Source: Octopus sinensis
Lineage: Eukaryota
Reading direction: 5' to 3'
Assembly (NCBI RefSeq): GCF_006345805.1
Contig: NC_043009.1
Location: forward strand, 70,060,001 to 70,124,000
DNA length: 64,000 bases
In this document: in pieces, positions 1-14,544 of the stretch
Layout: each line of letters opens with the position of its first letter
Position numbering within the stretch: the stretch's first letter is position 1
Made by a program: the position numbers and the translations under genes
The notes under the pieces: model-generated
Databases searched by the model: none
Told to the model about the DNA's origin: nothing
What the model saw: only the letters and a program-made list of their open reading frames with translations

Positions 1-663
1 GACAAGAGAAATTACGACCGGTTGCTTCAGCGGGCGACGGGAAAAAGAAGGGAAAAAGAATGAAAAAAGGATACTATGGGTCACGTGTCGATCGTAGGAA
101 CGAGAAAAGTGGTAGCGGGTGAGAGAAACACATACACACATATATATGTAGCACACATCTATTCACATATAAATACACATGTATTTGCATATACCAGGTG
201 GAGGACAGATTTCCCAGTAACTGTTGAACAGATCCTGTTCAGAACTGGAACAAGAATTCTAATCTGGTCGCCTGATGTTTTACCACAGAGTTTTCCTGAC
301 TGCTGCCAGTCAATAACATTTAACACTCTATGGTTCTACTCGTTTGTTCTTCAATAGTATTAGTGTATATCTATTTGTCTGTATACACACACACTGAAAT
401 ATGCTTGCAAGTATGTGTGTGGGTGTGCCTTATTGTTAGGGACTAAGGTCTCATGCGTCAATGTCACGAGTTCAAATTCCAGACGCTCTATATTTTGCGT
501 TCGTAGGTGATGCATTTAGTTTCGTGGAGGCTGAAAAATTGTAGCAACAGCAACAATGGTGTGTAAACGATTCGCAAGAATTTTAAACTCCACTCCCACA
601 TGCATATGCATACATATATGTATATATATATATATATTATCACCTAATTCATATATATATATA

Positions 664-988
664 TGGCTCAGTTGTTAGAGCGTCGAGCTTACGATCGTGA
701 GGTTGTGAGCTCGAATCCCGGACCGGGCTGCGTGTTGTGTTCTTGAGCAAGACATTTTATTTCACGTTGCTCCAGTTCACTCAGCTGTAGAAATGAGTTG
801 CGACGTCACTGGTGCCAAGCTGTATCGACCTTTGTCTTTCCCTTCGATAACACTGGTGGCGTGGAGAGGGGAGGCTGGTATGCATGGGCGACTGCTGGCC
901 TTCCATAAACAACCTTGCCCGGACTTGTGTCTAGGAGGGTAAGTTTCTAGGTGCAATCCCATGGTCATTCATGACCGAAGGGGGTCTT
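664..988 (+). mobile_element. tRNA-derived SINE, family A (tRNA-Arg-like head, CORE-like centre), full length
   Basis: Box A TGGCTCAGTTGTT and box B-like GCTCGAATCCC. Followed by GTGTTCTTGAGCAAGACATTTTATTTCACGTTGCTCCAGTTCACTCAGCTG, shared with family B and resembling the CORE domain. The 3' part recurs at 5984-6118. Flanked by (TA)n. Confidence 0.85.
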
Positions 989-1374
989 AAACTCTTAAAT
1001 ATATATATATATATATATATGCTCACTGGCAGAAGTATATAACTAAAAACGTAAGCAGATGTTTATACAACCATAACTTCATAAAAATTCCTTCAAATGT
1101 TTAAGATTATCATAAAGAACTAATTGTTTTTGTACAATTTTAATTTATGAAGAAAAGTTTTTATATAAATGTGTGTGTGTGTGCCTGTTTGTGCGCATTT
1201 GTGTGTATATATATATATATGTGTGTGTGTGTGTATGTAGTGAACTTTGCAGTCTAATGTAGAACGTTTGAAGGAAGCGATGTTCTAGTTGTCGTTGTAT
1301 CATTGACTTGTCATGAAATGGAATATGGTACACAGCTTCGCATGGAATACAGTAGAAGGCAGCATTGGTGCGAG

Positions 1375-1555
1375 ACGCTTGGCAAAATAGCTGCTGTTGT
1401 TGATGCTGCTGCTGCTGCTGAAATTGATGATGAATGTCATGATGATGATGATGATGATGATGATGAGCGGAGAGTAACGGATGTTACTGCTGTTGCTGTC
1501 GCTGTTGAAGCTTCTGCTGCTTTTGTTGTTGCTGTTGTTGTTGTTGTAAGTGGTG
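1375..1555. repeat. compound trinucleotide microsatellite (GCT/GAT/GTT)
   Basis: Visible (GCT)n, (GAT)n and (GTT)n runs. Confidence 0.9.
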
Positions 1556-2903
1556 GCATTCCGAAAGTGATATTTCATATTCGAATTAATTAGACAGGCG
1601 GCCAACATGAAAGAGTTTTAAAATCCTCGACCACGTGACCGTAGAAAATGTTAAACCTCTTTAATTAGATTTATTAATTTAGTAGACAGCTTCATATGCA
1701 AATTGGCGTATGCATGATTGGTAGTTAAACGGTAGAAAGAATAGAAGCTGGACCATATAAAGTGAAAGGGGTTGTATATAAAAGTTGTGCTGAATTGCAG
1801 TGTAGCTTGATTAATAAACTCCGAAGTGGTCATTGTGCTATGTCCTGAAGGCTACTTTATGAATCGAGTTCCGTTGGCAAAGTATTTTATACACGGAATT
1901 TGGGAATTCATATCATGATTAAATTAACATATTTACAGAGCGAGGATGTTAAGGCAATTTTGATGGCATTAGAAGGAATTTGATGAGGCTACAATGGGTT
2001 TCAAATTGAAAGGAAGTTTCATTTCAAAATCGTACAAAATATTTGCATACATAGCGAAATGATACAGGTGCTTGTCAACTTTTGAAGGTGTCTTGGTTTG
2101 GCTTTCCAGCAGCCGTTTCTGTTCGAATCGATTTCCTATTCAGTGTAATGATACACTTTTATAGGCTAATGAATGACGAGAAAATCATTTTCGCTATAAA
2201 TCAAGAAATAAAGAGTTAATAACAATTAACGTTTGAAAATTTGGGGTAAATTTAATCAATCGTAAGCCACAGACACATTCATGGCTGTTTCCATAGTAAC
2301 AAACCAAACATGAGAACTCTTTAGTCAGCGAGAAAGCACGTGGGTTGACATGTTCTACGCGATGCCACGTGCATTGACACTGTGTTCTGTTGCTTGTACC
2401 TTAATCGTGAAATATGCTAAAAGTAACAGCTAAATAGGCCTTAAATCACGCCCCTCTAATTTTTTTTTCTTGCGTAGTCGTATGAATTCCTGTGTATAGA
2501 ATACAAATTTGCAAAAGTTTTCTGAAAATTCCAAATTTTAAAAAAGTTAGGAGGGGTTATATGTCGTACATTAAGCAGAATTTGATTTGTTTACAGTTTC
2601 ATATGAAAACACAACTGCTATTTTCAGAATGTTGACAACACAATCAGTCACGCACAAAATGACAGTTTCCAAATCCTGTTTCCTGACTGAGTGAAAAGGA
2701 TCAAACTTTAAACCTCTATAACTTTTGAAAATATTTTTATGAGAAAAGTGAAATAACCTCAGTAGTTCAGCTTGGAAAAGTATATTAATGTACCAAGTTT
2801 TAGAATTTTCGATAACTTTAATTTTTGAAATGCTGGCAGCCAAATCAACTCGATCCGTCTGTACTACTCGGTGACACTAGTTTTTGGTAATGAATTTATG
2901 TTT

Positions 2904-3055
<152 letters not shown>

Positions 3056-4721
3056 CAGAAAAATTGTGATAAATTGAGAGGGAAAAAGTGAAAAAGCTTT
3101 TGCATGCATTGGCTATTTTCATCTGAACAGAATCCGTTTATTGAGTAACTTAAGAAAAGTGTGTGTCCCCGCCACTTCGGCTCTGTTGGTTATTTAGTGA
3201 TAAACAAGCATAGGGCATTAAATCAAAGCCAGGACCTAATTGAAACCAGGCCGTCAACATCAACAAAAATCATTTTAAGTGTATCGCAATTTCAATGAGT
3301 TTATATTTCATGGGCGGATGAAGACAATGCTGTTTCGAGCGAAGTGAGGGAGAAGATGAAAGAATGCAACCAGGATAGAGCTGAGAAAAGAACTCTGAAG
3401 AATCGATTGCGCTAAAATTGATATGAGTGAGGAGTAAAGAAGGAGAGCCATGGTAACCGGCGAAAAGTGTACTAGGGATGGATAAATTCGGGAATTCAAG
3501 GTTAAGTGATAATGTGAATAACAATTTGTCCATATGAGAATTCATAGGTCACGAAATAAACTTATTTGCGGTGAGGAGTACAGACTCCAACATTTCAAGA
3601 CGTTGCTTTGCATGAGAATGAAGTGAGAGAATGTGGCATTGCCGATTGGAGGCACAGTTTTATGGAATTCATGCCACGCTCACCCAATGTACATGCAACT
3701 AACACTCAAAGTAACTAATGTGTGCTCATGAGAGGAACTGATTAGTTTCTTATAACAATGGCAATCATACGTACAGTGTGTACATAATTTGTTAGAGGCA
3801 AATAAAATTTCATGACAAGACTTCGATAATATTAACTACTAAATTATCAGAGAAGACATTACCTGTAAACAGCGACCACCTGTAAATTCAGCACCGATGA
3901 GATATTGTGACAATCTGAATTGGAAACATTCCTTATCACACTCACTCAACGGTCATTTTACTTTGTATTGCGCTTGTCGCTTATGTACGAGAGTGGCATG
4001 AATCGCAATAACTATCACCACTGTCATGAAGAAACAGAGGCGGCTCTCTTATTAACGCTAAAAACATCGATCATAACGCAGCTTGTTGCCTCAATTACTG
4101 TCACCGAAGCAAAAGGTTAGCAGTACATAATTTCCAGCGATTTCTATTTTCTCCGTTCTGGCCTACAATGCGTTTGGCTGTCTAATCATGTCAATCTCCG
4201 CGGGTTTTCCTTACAATAATATGATGATGACGGAGTTTCTCCAATAGAAATACTTTTTAGATATTTAGGATACGAAAATTTGAAATAAACTTTCCATTTC
4301 CAGAAACTCGATGAAGGACAAATTTGACCACACTTTCTACTCACTTCTAAACCATATTGGCACAATACAATTTCCCCCTTTTATCATTTTTGATGAAACA
4401 TAAAGATCAGAAATAACTAGTTGTGAGTGCTCACAGTATTTTCGTAATTGCGTCTTTCTCTTTCTTTAACAACTGAAAGAAAATGTCATTTTTAATATGT
4501 TTTCTCTCTGGGAAATTATGATTCACATCAGTAAACAGTTAACCGTTGACTCTAAAAGCATCACTTGACCTAAACAAAGAATATTTTCTACTTTTAACTT
4601 ACAACTACTAGTATTTCACAAAGTTTCAAGTCAAAGTAACTCTGGAAATTTACTTCAATTTATAATATATAACGATATTTGTGTTAAGTGTGTGTGTGTG
4701 TATATATGTGTGTGTATGTTA

Positions 4722-4787
<66 letters not shown>

Positions 4788-5439
4788 GTGTGTTTCTGTT
4801 TGCACGCGTTCGGATGAGTGTGAGAATTTATGCGAAACACACAATGACTCACATCCAAAACTGGATTTTGTTCGCTTAGTTAAGTGTATAGGTCAGCGAG
4901 TACGAAAATAAGGAGACAGCCGTAGGCGGAGTAGGCGGGTCGGGTGCGTGTCTGGCACACACACACACACACAAGTATATACGAATGAGTAATTATACCG
5001 CGTCAGCATAACAGTCGAAATGCAAGATACATAACTCGGATGAGCTGTAATAAATCCTTCCCAATATGGTGTTAGGTGACCAGTGTCTTTCAACATCTGA
5101 CATCCTTGCCCAGGCGGCACAGTTGAACTTTATCGGGCTCAATATTGAAATCTGAAACGAGTATTAGAAAGTAAGACAATTTTGATCTTTGGTAGAGTCG
5201 ATTTAGCGTAGAACAAATTCTTTGCTATTTGCTCCCTGTACTCAGAGTTTAAATTCCATTAACATAAACCTTTAGTTTAGCTATCTTTGGATTTGTGGAA
5301 GTGTTGAAGCATCCGACAGAATATCATACGGTAGTTGTTTCGGTTTTTGCCTTCTGTACTTTGAGATGGTAGACTTATTCTCTCACCGATTTAATAGTCT
5401 CACCGCTCCATGTCGTTAAGTGACTTTAACAGAGTTAAA

Positions 5440-5472
5440 CATAGCTCGAATGTTACCAACATTCGAGCTATG
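5440..5472. repeat. perfect 15-bp inverted repeat with 3-nt spacer
   Basis: CATAGCTCGAATGTT-ACC-AACATTCGAGCTATG; the arms are exact reverse complements. Confidence 0.95.
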
Positions 5473-5983
5473 ATTCCGGAAAACTTCTCATCTCATTCTC
5501 CGAAGCCATTGCATTCTCTCACTGTTCGAGGGGCAAATAATAATAATAAAAAACATCTTAAAAGTTCAACACGTCAACGTCTCTGACAGAATGGAACTAT
5601 ATTTCAGTCTATAGCAAAATGCTGGCGACAAGATGGACCAAAATATTCTAAATAATAAACGGGCAATCGGTTAAAACTAGTACTACTTGATGTTGCCGTA
5701 TTTACTTAGCCCCAAATCAACCCAGATCGGGCAGACCTAAGATAAAAATCCACGCGGTTGTGACCACCCCATGATCTCATTTCTCCAACGAGCCTTTTCT
5801 TGAAGGAAGTGTATTATTTGAAAGCGGTTTCCCATTATTCCTAACAAGCAGATCAAGCGATTGGATAACGTTTCACTTTTAGACTCGTAATCGCATGGTC
5901 AGAAGGAAGGGTTTCTTGAAAAAAATATTCTGGAAGAATCTAGGATAAAAGTTTGGGTTAATCAATTGCTGATAATTAGAGAA

Positions 5984-6118
5984 CGGTGGTGTGGAGTGGG
6001 GTATGCATGGGCGACCACTGGTCTTCCAAAACACCCTTGCCCGGACATGTGCCTCGGAGGGAAATTCTCTAGCCGCAATCCTATGGTCACTCACAATCGA
6101 ACGGGATTTTTATCCTTC
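5984..6118 (+). mobile_element. SINE family A, 3' fragment
   Basis: GTATGCATGGGCGAC...CCTTGCCCGGAC...GCAATCC(T/C)ATGGTCA matches 855-985. Confidence 0.75.
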
Positions 6119-6136
6119 ACCCATATAAGGCACACG

Positions 6137-6180
<44 letters not shown>

Positions 6181-6410
6181 AGAAGGCGTTGTGATGAGCT
6201 TGTAACAAAACATTTTCGAGAATCAGCTTCTAACGTTAAGCGGGTAACTAAGGGCCTGAGACCCAGTAATTTGGCAAGAAAAAAAATAACCTCGTGTTTA
6301 TCTGAGATCATAAATAGCTTCAACTGTGGTGTTTGAAATAAGCCTTCATGATAGCCATATGTGGAACGCTTTTGATAGCAGATATGAGCTGATTTTGTGT
6401 AAAACACCAA

Positions 6411-6525
6411 ACCACAACGACGACGACGACGACGACCACCACCACCACCAACAACAACAACGACAACGACAACAACAACAACAACAACGACAACGACAAC
6501 GACACCACCACCAACAACAACAACA
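6411..6525. repeat. compound trinucleotide microsatellite (CGA/CAC/CAA)
   Basis: Direct reading. Confidence 0.9.
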
Positions 6526-6788
6526 GTATCACAAAGAGTATACCGTATTTCCCTTTATCATACGCATGTCAAATTTCAGCAACTAATCGAAGTATAATTC
6601 AATTTTGTATAATATGAAACATATTTCGTTAGCGAGTGATTGATTAATACTGCCTGATCGAATTTCCTTATTTATTTATTTTTGTTTCAGTTTGATCAAC
6701 AAAGAATTTCCTGTAAATACTATGAGCTTCATCAGGAAAATACACACACACACAGACAGGCACACGCACACAGACAAACACACACGCA

Positions 6789-6823
<35 letters not shown>

Positions 6824-7429
6824 ACAGACGCTTGGCGTTGTGGCTAAGAAGTTCGCTTCGTAACTCTGTGGTTGCAGGTGCGATGCTGCTGTGTTTTCGC
6901 TGTTAGAAATACTGCGAAGCTACGATCGGAAACTTCTTTCGACCAAATAACTTTACAAGTTGAGATCAAAGGGAATGTGTGTGTGGGCGGGTGAGAGTGT
7001 GTGTGCTCTCGGATCTCTTTTCCCATATATATATATATACATATCTATACGCATAACTACGCTCCACTCCCAGGAACAAACGTATAAGTTACTGGCAATA
7101 AATAAAACCAAGACTTCGGATAGAATTCGTTGGTATTTTACGAAAGTGGGCCATGATTAGTTGCAGTTCATGTTTAAGAAGCGTTGTGAAAATGTGAAAC
7201 ACTTTTGTGTGAGAAGCTGCATTATGGAATCCATTTATCGTTTATTCATGTTGAGACTTGCGTAAGAAATCGAACACTAAAATCAGCCAGAGTTAATCAA
7301 AGTTTTTATTGAATTTCGCTTTCAGTAATAATAAAGCTTCATAAAATTTCTCATCTAAGTTATCTGCTGACGTTTTTAATATTTTGGCCGACTAAAAATT
7401 GCTAGAGATTCTATAGAATGTTATAGTAT

Positions 7430-7573
7430 TACATATACATACACACACACATACATATATACATATATACATACATACGTACATACATACAAACATACAT
7501 ACATACATATTTGCATGCATGGATACATATATACCGATAAATACACACATATACATATACGTAGGTATATGCA

Positions 7574-7658
<85 letters not shown>

Positions 7659-7795
7659 GTATATATATATACACACATATAAATACATATATATATATAT
7701 ATATATACATGTATACATACATATATATATGTATACATATATACATACATATACATACATGCATACATACATATATATGTGTTTGTGTGTGTGTA
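7430..7795. repeat. (TACA)n/(TA)n compound microsatellite
   Basis: Direct reading. Confidence 0.95.
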
Positions 7796-9466
7796 TGGTT
7801 AGCTGTGTTACAGGTTAAAATAAACGTCTAAGGGATAGAAGTATCCATTACACTACCGGTATATTACCTATGTTTAACCCTGGGCATACACATGCAAGCA
7901 TATTATGCTCATAAATTACAGGTAATGACATGGATAAACATGTGTTTATCAAGAGTCAAAATTCTTAGGAAAACAGAAAATGGAGAAATATTGATGAACA
8001 ACAATTAACTTACAACAATTATTATTCATTAATTCAATAATTTATTTGTTTTGAATTAATAAATAATAATTGATGTAAGCCAATTGTTGTTCGTCAATAG
8101 TTCTCCATTTTCTGTCTTCTTTAAATTATATATATATATATATTATATATGTATGTATATACATGCATGTGTGTATATATATATACATATATATTATGAA
8201 ATTAAAAAGGCAGCAGTTTGCAGTGTTTTACCAAGAAGAACTGTAATTGTCACAAAATGCGACTAGGGTGTTATAAACACCCGAATTGCTAGAAATAAGA
8301 GCTAAAAGGCTCTAATGCTGCAGTCAAAGCGCATAATTATGTACAAACGGAGACAATTATTGTCTGAAAACACCGTTTGAGAATTTCTTATACTAAATTG
8401 AGTTTCGGCAATTTCTCTTGCCTCATCAATAAGGACTTGTTCTACATCGGCAGATTTCGGACTTAATTCTTTGGCTGTGTATATGTTTTCATCATAGGAT
8501 TCATCCATCTCTCCATATATATACACACACAAACACACACATCCGATAGCATAACAATATATGGTGTTTAGAAGAACATGAAAGCACGAAAGAAGAATTC
8601 TTGTTATCTCATGGACAAAATTTCCAATATGATGGCATCAGAAACTGCTACAAAGGCAATTTATTTTCCCCCTCCAATAAATTTTTCGCTAAAATAAAAA
8701 TATTTCAGTTTTAACGAGAACAGAGACAAAAAATGAAAGGCAATTGAACTGTGCGAAGATATTTCTCTTCGGTTTTTAGTAAGGAAAATGATCAAAACGT
8801 AAGCTTCTTCTCTTTATAGATTCCAGTTCAGTAGTTAAAAATTAAACTTTCAAGTTTTCTGCAGCGACAGCATAAAAATTCCCGAGAGTGCCAAGTAGGT
8901 CAGATTCTTGCATGGGAGTGTTGCTTTGTAATTGGAGGCAAATAACTTTGAACACATCCCGCATATATCTCGGAGAGCGATGATTTTGAAATATATTTGA
9001 TTACACATAGCTAATAATCTGCCTCTCCCTTCTCTATCTCTCTCCCTCTCTCTTGCTATATATTACTGAATTTTAATTTGGAATGTGTTTAATTAATTAA
9101 TTACCATTTATCTTATCTGATGATGCAATCACTAAACCGGGTTGAAAGTATTAAAATATATTTTAATTGTTGCCGCAATTCTCATAAATGTTATTGTTTT
9201 GGTTAGAATTGTCATTTAACCCAAGACTCACTTTCACACAAAAGACAGAACTATGTACAAAAGCTATTCCAAACCGGACTATCATCTTTGTCAGTCTCTT
9301 TTCTGGAATACTACACTCATCTACATCTTCCTAAGGGACATATTGTGAGACAAAAATTTAAGAAATAGTTGACTGCCATTGCCATTCCTAGATAGCCAAA
9401 CTACTCGATGATTCTTCTTTGGTTTGCATTATATATATATATATATAATATATATATATATATATA

Positions 9467-9558
9467 GTTAATCCAAACAAGAAAACAAAAAACACAACAA
9501 CGCAAGGACGTGGAACAAATAAAGTATTATTGGACGCTCAGGAAAGAAGGGAAGAAGG

Positions 9559-9559
<1 letters not shown>
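9467..9559 (-). mobile_element. family F short element, truncated copy lacking the hammerhead-like motif
   Basis: GTTAATCCAAAC...ACAACAACGC(A/G)AGGACGTGGAACAAATA...TTGGACGCTCAGGAAAGAAGGGAAGAAGG matches 19417-19515 and 47956-48050. (TA)n on both sides. Confidence 0.85.
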
Positions 9560-9609
<50 letters not shown>

Positions 9610-9650
9610 TATATACAGTTATATATCGTTAATGGCTTAAAATATTGATT

Positions 9651-10009
9651 CCTTTATTCTTTTATTTGTTTCAGTCATTTGAGTGCGGCATGCTGGAGCA
9701 CCGCCTTTAGTCGAGCAAATCTACCCCAAGGACTTATTCTTTGTTAGCCTAGTACTTATTCTATCGGTCTTTTTTGCCGAACCACTAAGTTACAGGGACG
9801 TAAACATACCAGCATTGGAGTGACAAACACACACGCACAACACACACATATATACGACGGCCTTCTTTCAGTTTCTGTCTACCAAATCCACTCATAAGGC
9901 TTTGGTCGACCCGAGGCTATAGTAGAAAACACATCCCCAAGGTACCCCGCAGTGGGACTGAACCCAGACCAATGTGGTTGGTAAGCAAGCTACTTAGCAC
10001 ACAGCCACT
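9651..10009 (-). mobile_element. tRNA-derived SINE family D (abundant octopus SINE with internal CA/TA microsatellite)
   Basis: Colinear with 50219-50612 and the reverse complement of 51116-51529. tRNA-like head AGTGGCTGTG...GGTTCAGTCCCACTGCG on the minus strand. Confidence 0.9.
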
Positions 10010-10156
10010 AAATACATCAATAAATATATTTCGTGCAGCTTTCAGAAGTTTCTATCACACGGGCAGCATTTCCATGGAGGCCTGCCGCACTCATTCCTTC
10101 CAATAATTATGAAAAACCTTGGGCTCTCCAGTTTCATCTTGTATATTACAACAATT

Positions 10157-10480
10157 GACACTCCATCGGTTACGACGGCAAGGGTCCCAGTTGATCCAAT
10201 CAACAGAACAATCTGCTGGTGAAATTAACGTGCAAGTGGCTGAGCACTCCACAGACACGTGTACCCTTAACGTAGTTCTCAGGGAGATTCAGCGTGACTC
10301 AGAGTGTGACAAGGCTGGTCCTTTGAAATACAGGTCCTACTCGTTTTTGTCAGCAGAGTGGACTGGAGCAATGTGAAATAAAGTGTTTTGCTCAATGACA
10401 TAACGCGTGCGTCGCCGTGAATTGAACCCATGACCTTACGATCGTCAGCCAAATGCGGTAAGAATTAAGCCACACACCTT
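10157..10480 (-). mobile_element. tRNA-derived SINE family B, full length
   Basis: Reverse complement is colinear with 36239-36563, including CTCCCTGAGAACTACGTTAAGGGTACACGTGTCTGTGGAGTGCTCAG. Confidence 0.9.
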
Positions 10481-11062
10481 CACCTTGAAGATTGATCTCC
10501 AGCTTATAGATGAAGGTTCAACTATCTGGGCCCTCATGTCCTCTTGTTTCTCTGCAAACTGGAATTTCACGCATTCGTTTATAATATAACAGCACTGATG
10601 ATGTTTAATGCGATTTCGCATTGGTGGAATGTTATTGAGGAGAGTTAGAACGGAAATATTTGTATGCAACTTTTAGCTGGAGTAAAATAATGAAATAGCG
10701 TGATGAAAAGATACATGCCGTCTTTGACGAGATTAAAAGGAATGCACTTTTAGACAAGCAAATTAATGCAAACTCGACATGCGGTGAGGTTTTCCAATAT
10801 CAAACATTAGAAAAGTAACAACATACGAGGCAAGGATCGAAAGCGAAATATACTTGGCATGCTGCATCATACGTTACTGAAGGGAACATTTTCAGTGGAG
10901 GCGGCTTATTATGGGAGGAATAAGAGATAAACCCAATGTAAAACAGAGGAGATTCTGGAAGGCGAAGGGTACGAAACTCATTCAGCAAGGGCAGGCAGGA
11001 AACACCTCAAGTATTTCGTATCATTTGAAGCCATCAGGAAAATTTTCTGTTATACCTACACA

Positions 11063-11105
<43 letters not shown>

Positions 11106-11647
11106 ACGTATAAATACATATTCATGCATATGCATACATTATATATATGTGTGTGTGTGCGTGTGTGTATGTGTGTGTATATATGTGTGTGTGTGTGTGT
11201 AGAATATTTGTTCGTTCGGAGCCCCAACTCTCCACAAATTTTATATTCTTAAAATTTCTGGATGCTGCTGTCTTATGAAGTTTTCCTATTTGTGGTTGAA
11301 AGCTCGAAATAGGGAGTAACAAACAGTCAACAACTGAGGAGGAGTTAGACTTTTGGGGCAATTTTGTCCCCTACTTGTCTTCTATTTTGTATTTACGCAC
11401 TTTTCACTTGCTGTTGATGTTCTTAATTGTGTATATTTTGGTATTTTGTTCTGTACTTATCTCTCGTCTCTTTACGTGTTTTTCGCTCGTTGGTGATGTC
11501 CTGTACATAATGTGTATATGTGTATACATTCATACATACATATACACGAACACACCTGTGCGCGCGCGCACACACATATATACATGTATATTACATATTT
11601 ATATACATATATCCATATTCATATATATATATAAAAGTATATATCTC

Positions 11648-11941
11648 GTGATCACGTGACCGACCAGGCTATCAGATGTTGCTACATATCGCTGGTCACA
11701 ATGCACTTCGCATTGTTTTAGTCTTCAAATGACGCTACCCCGCAGGCTAAGCGAGCAGGGCAAAAAAAAGAAAGTGTGGCGAAAGAGCACAGCAGGGATC
11801 GCCACCAGCCTCTGCCGGTGCCTCGTGGGGCTTTAGGTGTTATCGCTCAATATACACTCACAACGCCCGATCTGGGAATCGAAACCGCGATCCTACGACC
11901 GCGAGTCCGCTGCCCTAGCCACTGGGCCATTGCGCCTCCAC
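11648..11941 (-). mobile_element. tRNA-derived SINE family C (tRNA-Arg-like head)
   Basis: Minus strand reads GTGGAGGCGCAATGGCCCAGTGGCTAGGGCAGCGGACTCGCGGTCGTAGGATCGCGGTTTCGATTCCC, with box A and box B. The body is unlike families A and B. Confidence 0.8.
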
Positions 11942-11944
11942 ACA

Positions 11945-12110
11945 CAGGCACACACACACACACACACATATATATATACATACATACATACATACATACA
12001 TACATACATACATGCATACATACATACATACATACATACATACATACATACATACATACATACATACATACATACATACATACACGCACACTAACACACA
12101 CACACACACT
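11945..12110. repeat. (CA)n/(TACA)n microsatellite
   Basis: Direct reading. Confidence 0.95.
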
Positions 12111-12853
12111 ATGTAAAGTACAGATTTTATATATTACGAAAAATAAGTTGCAATTTAGATAAAAGCTTTTGGATATTTAGAGCTTTCCACCTTTTAAAGG
12201 ATTCATCAGACCCTCTTTCGCTTTTTTATCTTTTAGTGAAAATTCATAACATTTAGAAATATGTGTTTGTCAAAAAGAAAATCTGGAGTTGAATTCAGTT
12301 TCTTGGGTTTTGGAAAAAGGATCTTCTGGGAGTGGTTATTTGAGATGTTCTTTGTCATTTTGAAACTATATGTGTCTATATTTATGTGTGTGTACGTATA
12401 TGTGTGTAGGTATGTGTTGAGAGTTTTGAAACAAAGAAAAAACTATAAAGTAAGAGATGCGGAAAGAAAGAAAGAAAGAAAGAAAGAAGGAAGGAAAGGG
12501 TGTTATAAAGTGTGTGTCCAATCGTATTAGTCATACATAACCAGCGAGTAGAAGAGAGAATTATCTCAAGAGAGTAAAGACGCAGACAAAAGCAGATAAC
12601 ATATCTTGAAATATTGAGGTAAGTTCCCTTCGGCTTTCAGATTTAGGCTTATAGACTGGTCGGGTTGATTTTGAATTCGATCTTTCCAGGGGCCATAAAA
12701 TAGTAAAATAAATAGATTCAATAAAATCGACTACAAAAGTTTGATTTCTAACTTAGATACACCTGCAGTCACCATTCTGGAAGAGCTGGAATACTCGATA
12801 GAGTTGGTCTAAGAATAGGACTGTAACTTATTTATGCCACTCTTGATTTGTAA

Positions 12854-12932
<79 letters not shown>

Positions 12933-13204
12933 TATTTGTGTATGTGTATGTGTAATTTTTTTTTGGATCCGATGGAATTATTTAAATAAGAAAAGGACGA
13001 AGGTAGAGTCAGGGATGATGTAACAGCGCTCTAACCATATACGTACTTACTAAAATAAATACGAATTTGTCCCTCCAGTTATACACACGGCAGGTACTGA
13101 AAATCACGCAGCGGTACACTCACGACACGTATTCCATATTCGACTGAATTCCAGATCCAATGCATGGAAAGTTCAGAGTTAGTTGAAGAATAAACAATAG
13201 CACA

Positions 13205-13515
13205 GATAGTTTGAGGTTCGCTACAGCTGTTCCAGACCTGTTCTTTATTGATGAAAAAAGTGTTTTCCATTTCCTTCCCATATCCCAGTCCCTTGAACGA
13301 GATCATTAATATATTACTATGAATATATACTTTGTAAAAGGTTCCGCTATCCACTCTTCCATCTGTCACCTGGATGGGAAGGAGTTCTATTTTTTCTGAG
13401 GAATCTTAAGCGTTAAATTTTACGCCTAATTCACCTGGAAAAAAACCGGTCCCTTTGCATGATGTAACACATTTTTCATCAATAAAGAACACGACCGAAA
13501 CAGCTGTTGGGAACC
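13205..13515. repeat. inverted pair of family I fragments (13205-13270 minus; 13432-13515 plus)
   Basis: TTTTTCATCAATAAAGAACA...AACAGCTGT...GAACC occurs on both strands. The same CATCAATAAAG...CCGAAACA(G/A)CTGT motif is at 48393-48468. Confidence 0.7.
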
Positions 13516-14494
13516 GCAAGCAATGTTTGTGTTATTGTTAATGTGTGTGTGTTTATGTATGTATATCTGTATGTATGCATACATGTATATCCCTCACATG
13601 CGCGTCTTTGTTAGAAATCCCTGCCACAGAAGCGCAGTGGACGACGGAACGAGAAGCAGCAGCAGATTACTCGACCAAAATGGCTTCCTGCCTAGCACAA
13701 AGCCAACTTCAATCTAATATTATAGATTTCTTCCTTTCAGAAACGAACGATAAAATAATATCAACGAAGTATAAGGGTGTCGATGATGTCGACTTGTCAT
13801 TTCCCCGGCTAAACGTGTGGCCTCATGTTATAAATCATTCTTTTACACTTTACAATTGAAAGTTGTAACATGTATATGTCTAAAGTAAAGACGCGCTAGA
13901 AAGAAGAGGTAGGCGTTTATGTTGATTTCTGACAAAAGGTCATCATTTCAGGTAAAAGTATCCAGGAAAGTTAATCAATAGAATTTTATTTCATTTTAAG
14001 CTTTACTTTTGTAATACTTAATCCTGTTATCTGGTAGGTATTACCGAACATTAAAAATCTGTTCCTGGACTGGGTGTAGTGAGGGATGGGAATGGATTGC
14101 TTCAGGAGGATTTTATAGCTAGCCATTCCATTGGATGCTGGTTGTTGAGTCTTACCTGGAAGATGACGAAAAGGTGCAGAAATGGTAACTACGTACTCAC
14201 ACAAACACACGCGAACACACACTCACACACATACACACATGCACGAACACACTCCTCAAGGTATTATATGATATAGACTGATAATATTATATAGCTAACA
14301 TGTATATATGTATATCTACATAAACGTCTGCGTGTGTTTCTGTGCGTTTGCAAATAAGTAAATATACCTATATGCTTTTATACATTTACAATTTATATGT
14401 ATGTATGTGTGTGTGTCTGTGTGGGAGTGTATACATACATACATATACATATATATATATATATATATGTGTATATATATATATACATACATAC

Positions 14495-14544
<50 letters not shown>

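Noticed and set aside
196-357. Open frames at the window start on both strands
   Set aside because: Short, with no recognisable domain or convincing splice-site pair.
10490-10670. Possible LINE 3' peptide (TNISVLTLLNNIPPMRNRIK)
   Set aside because: Too short and diverged to assign.
12775-12830. Hammerhead-like CTGGAAGAG…CTCGATA…GGTC
   Set aside because: Both core boxes are altered, there is no clean helix III and no second copy in the window.
13079-14160. Possible minus-strand exons near 13370 and 14156 (CCAG|GT sites)
   Set aside because: No consistent reading frame across them and no recognisable protein. Part of ORF 13079-13369 is a family I repeat.
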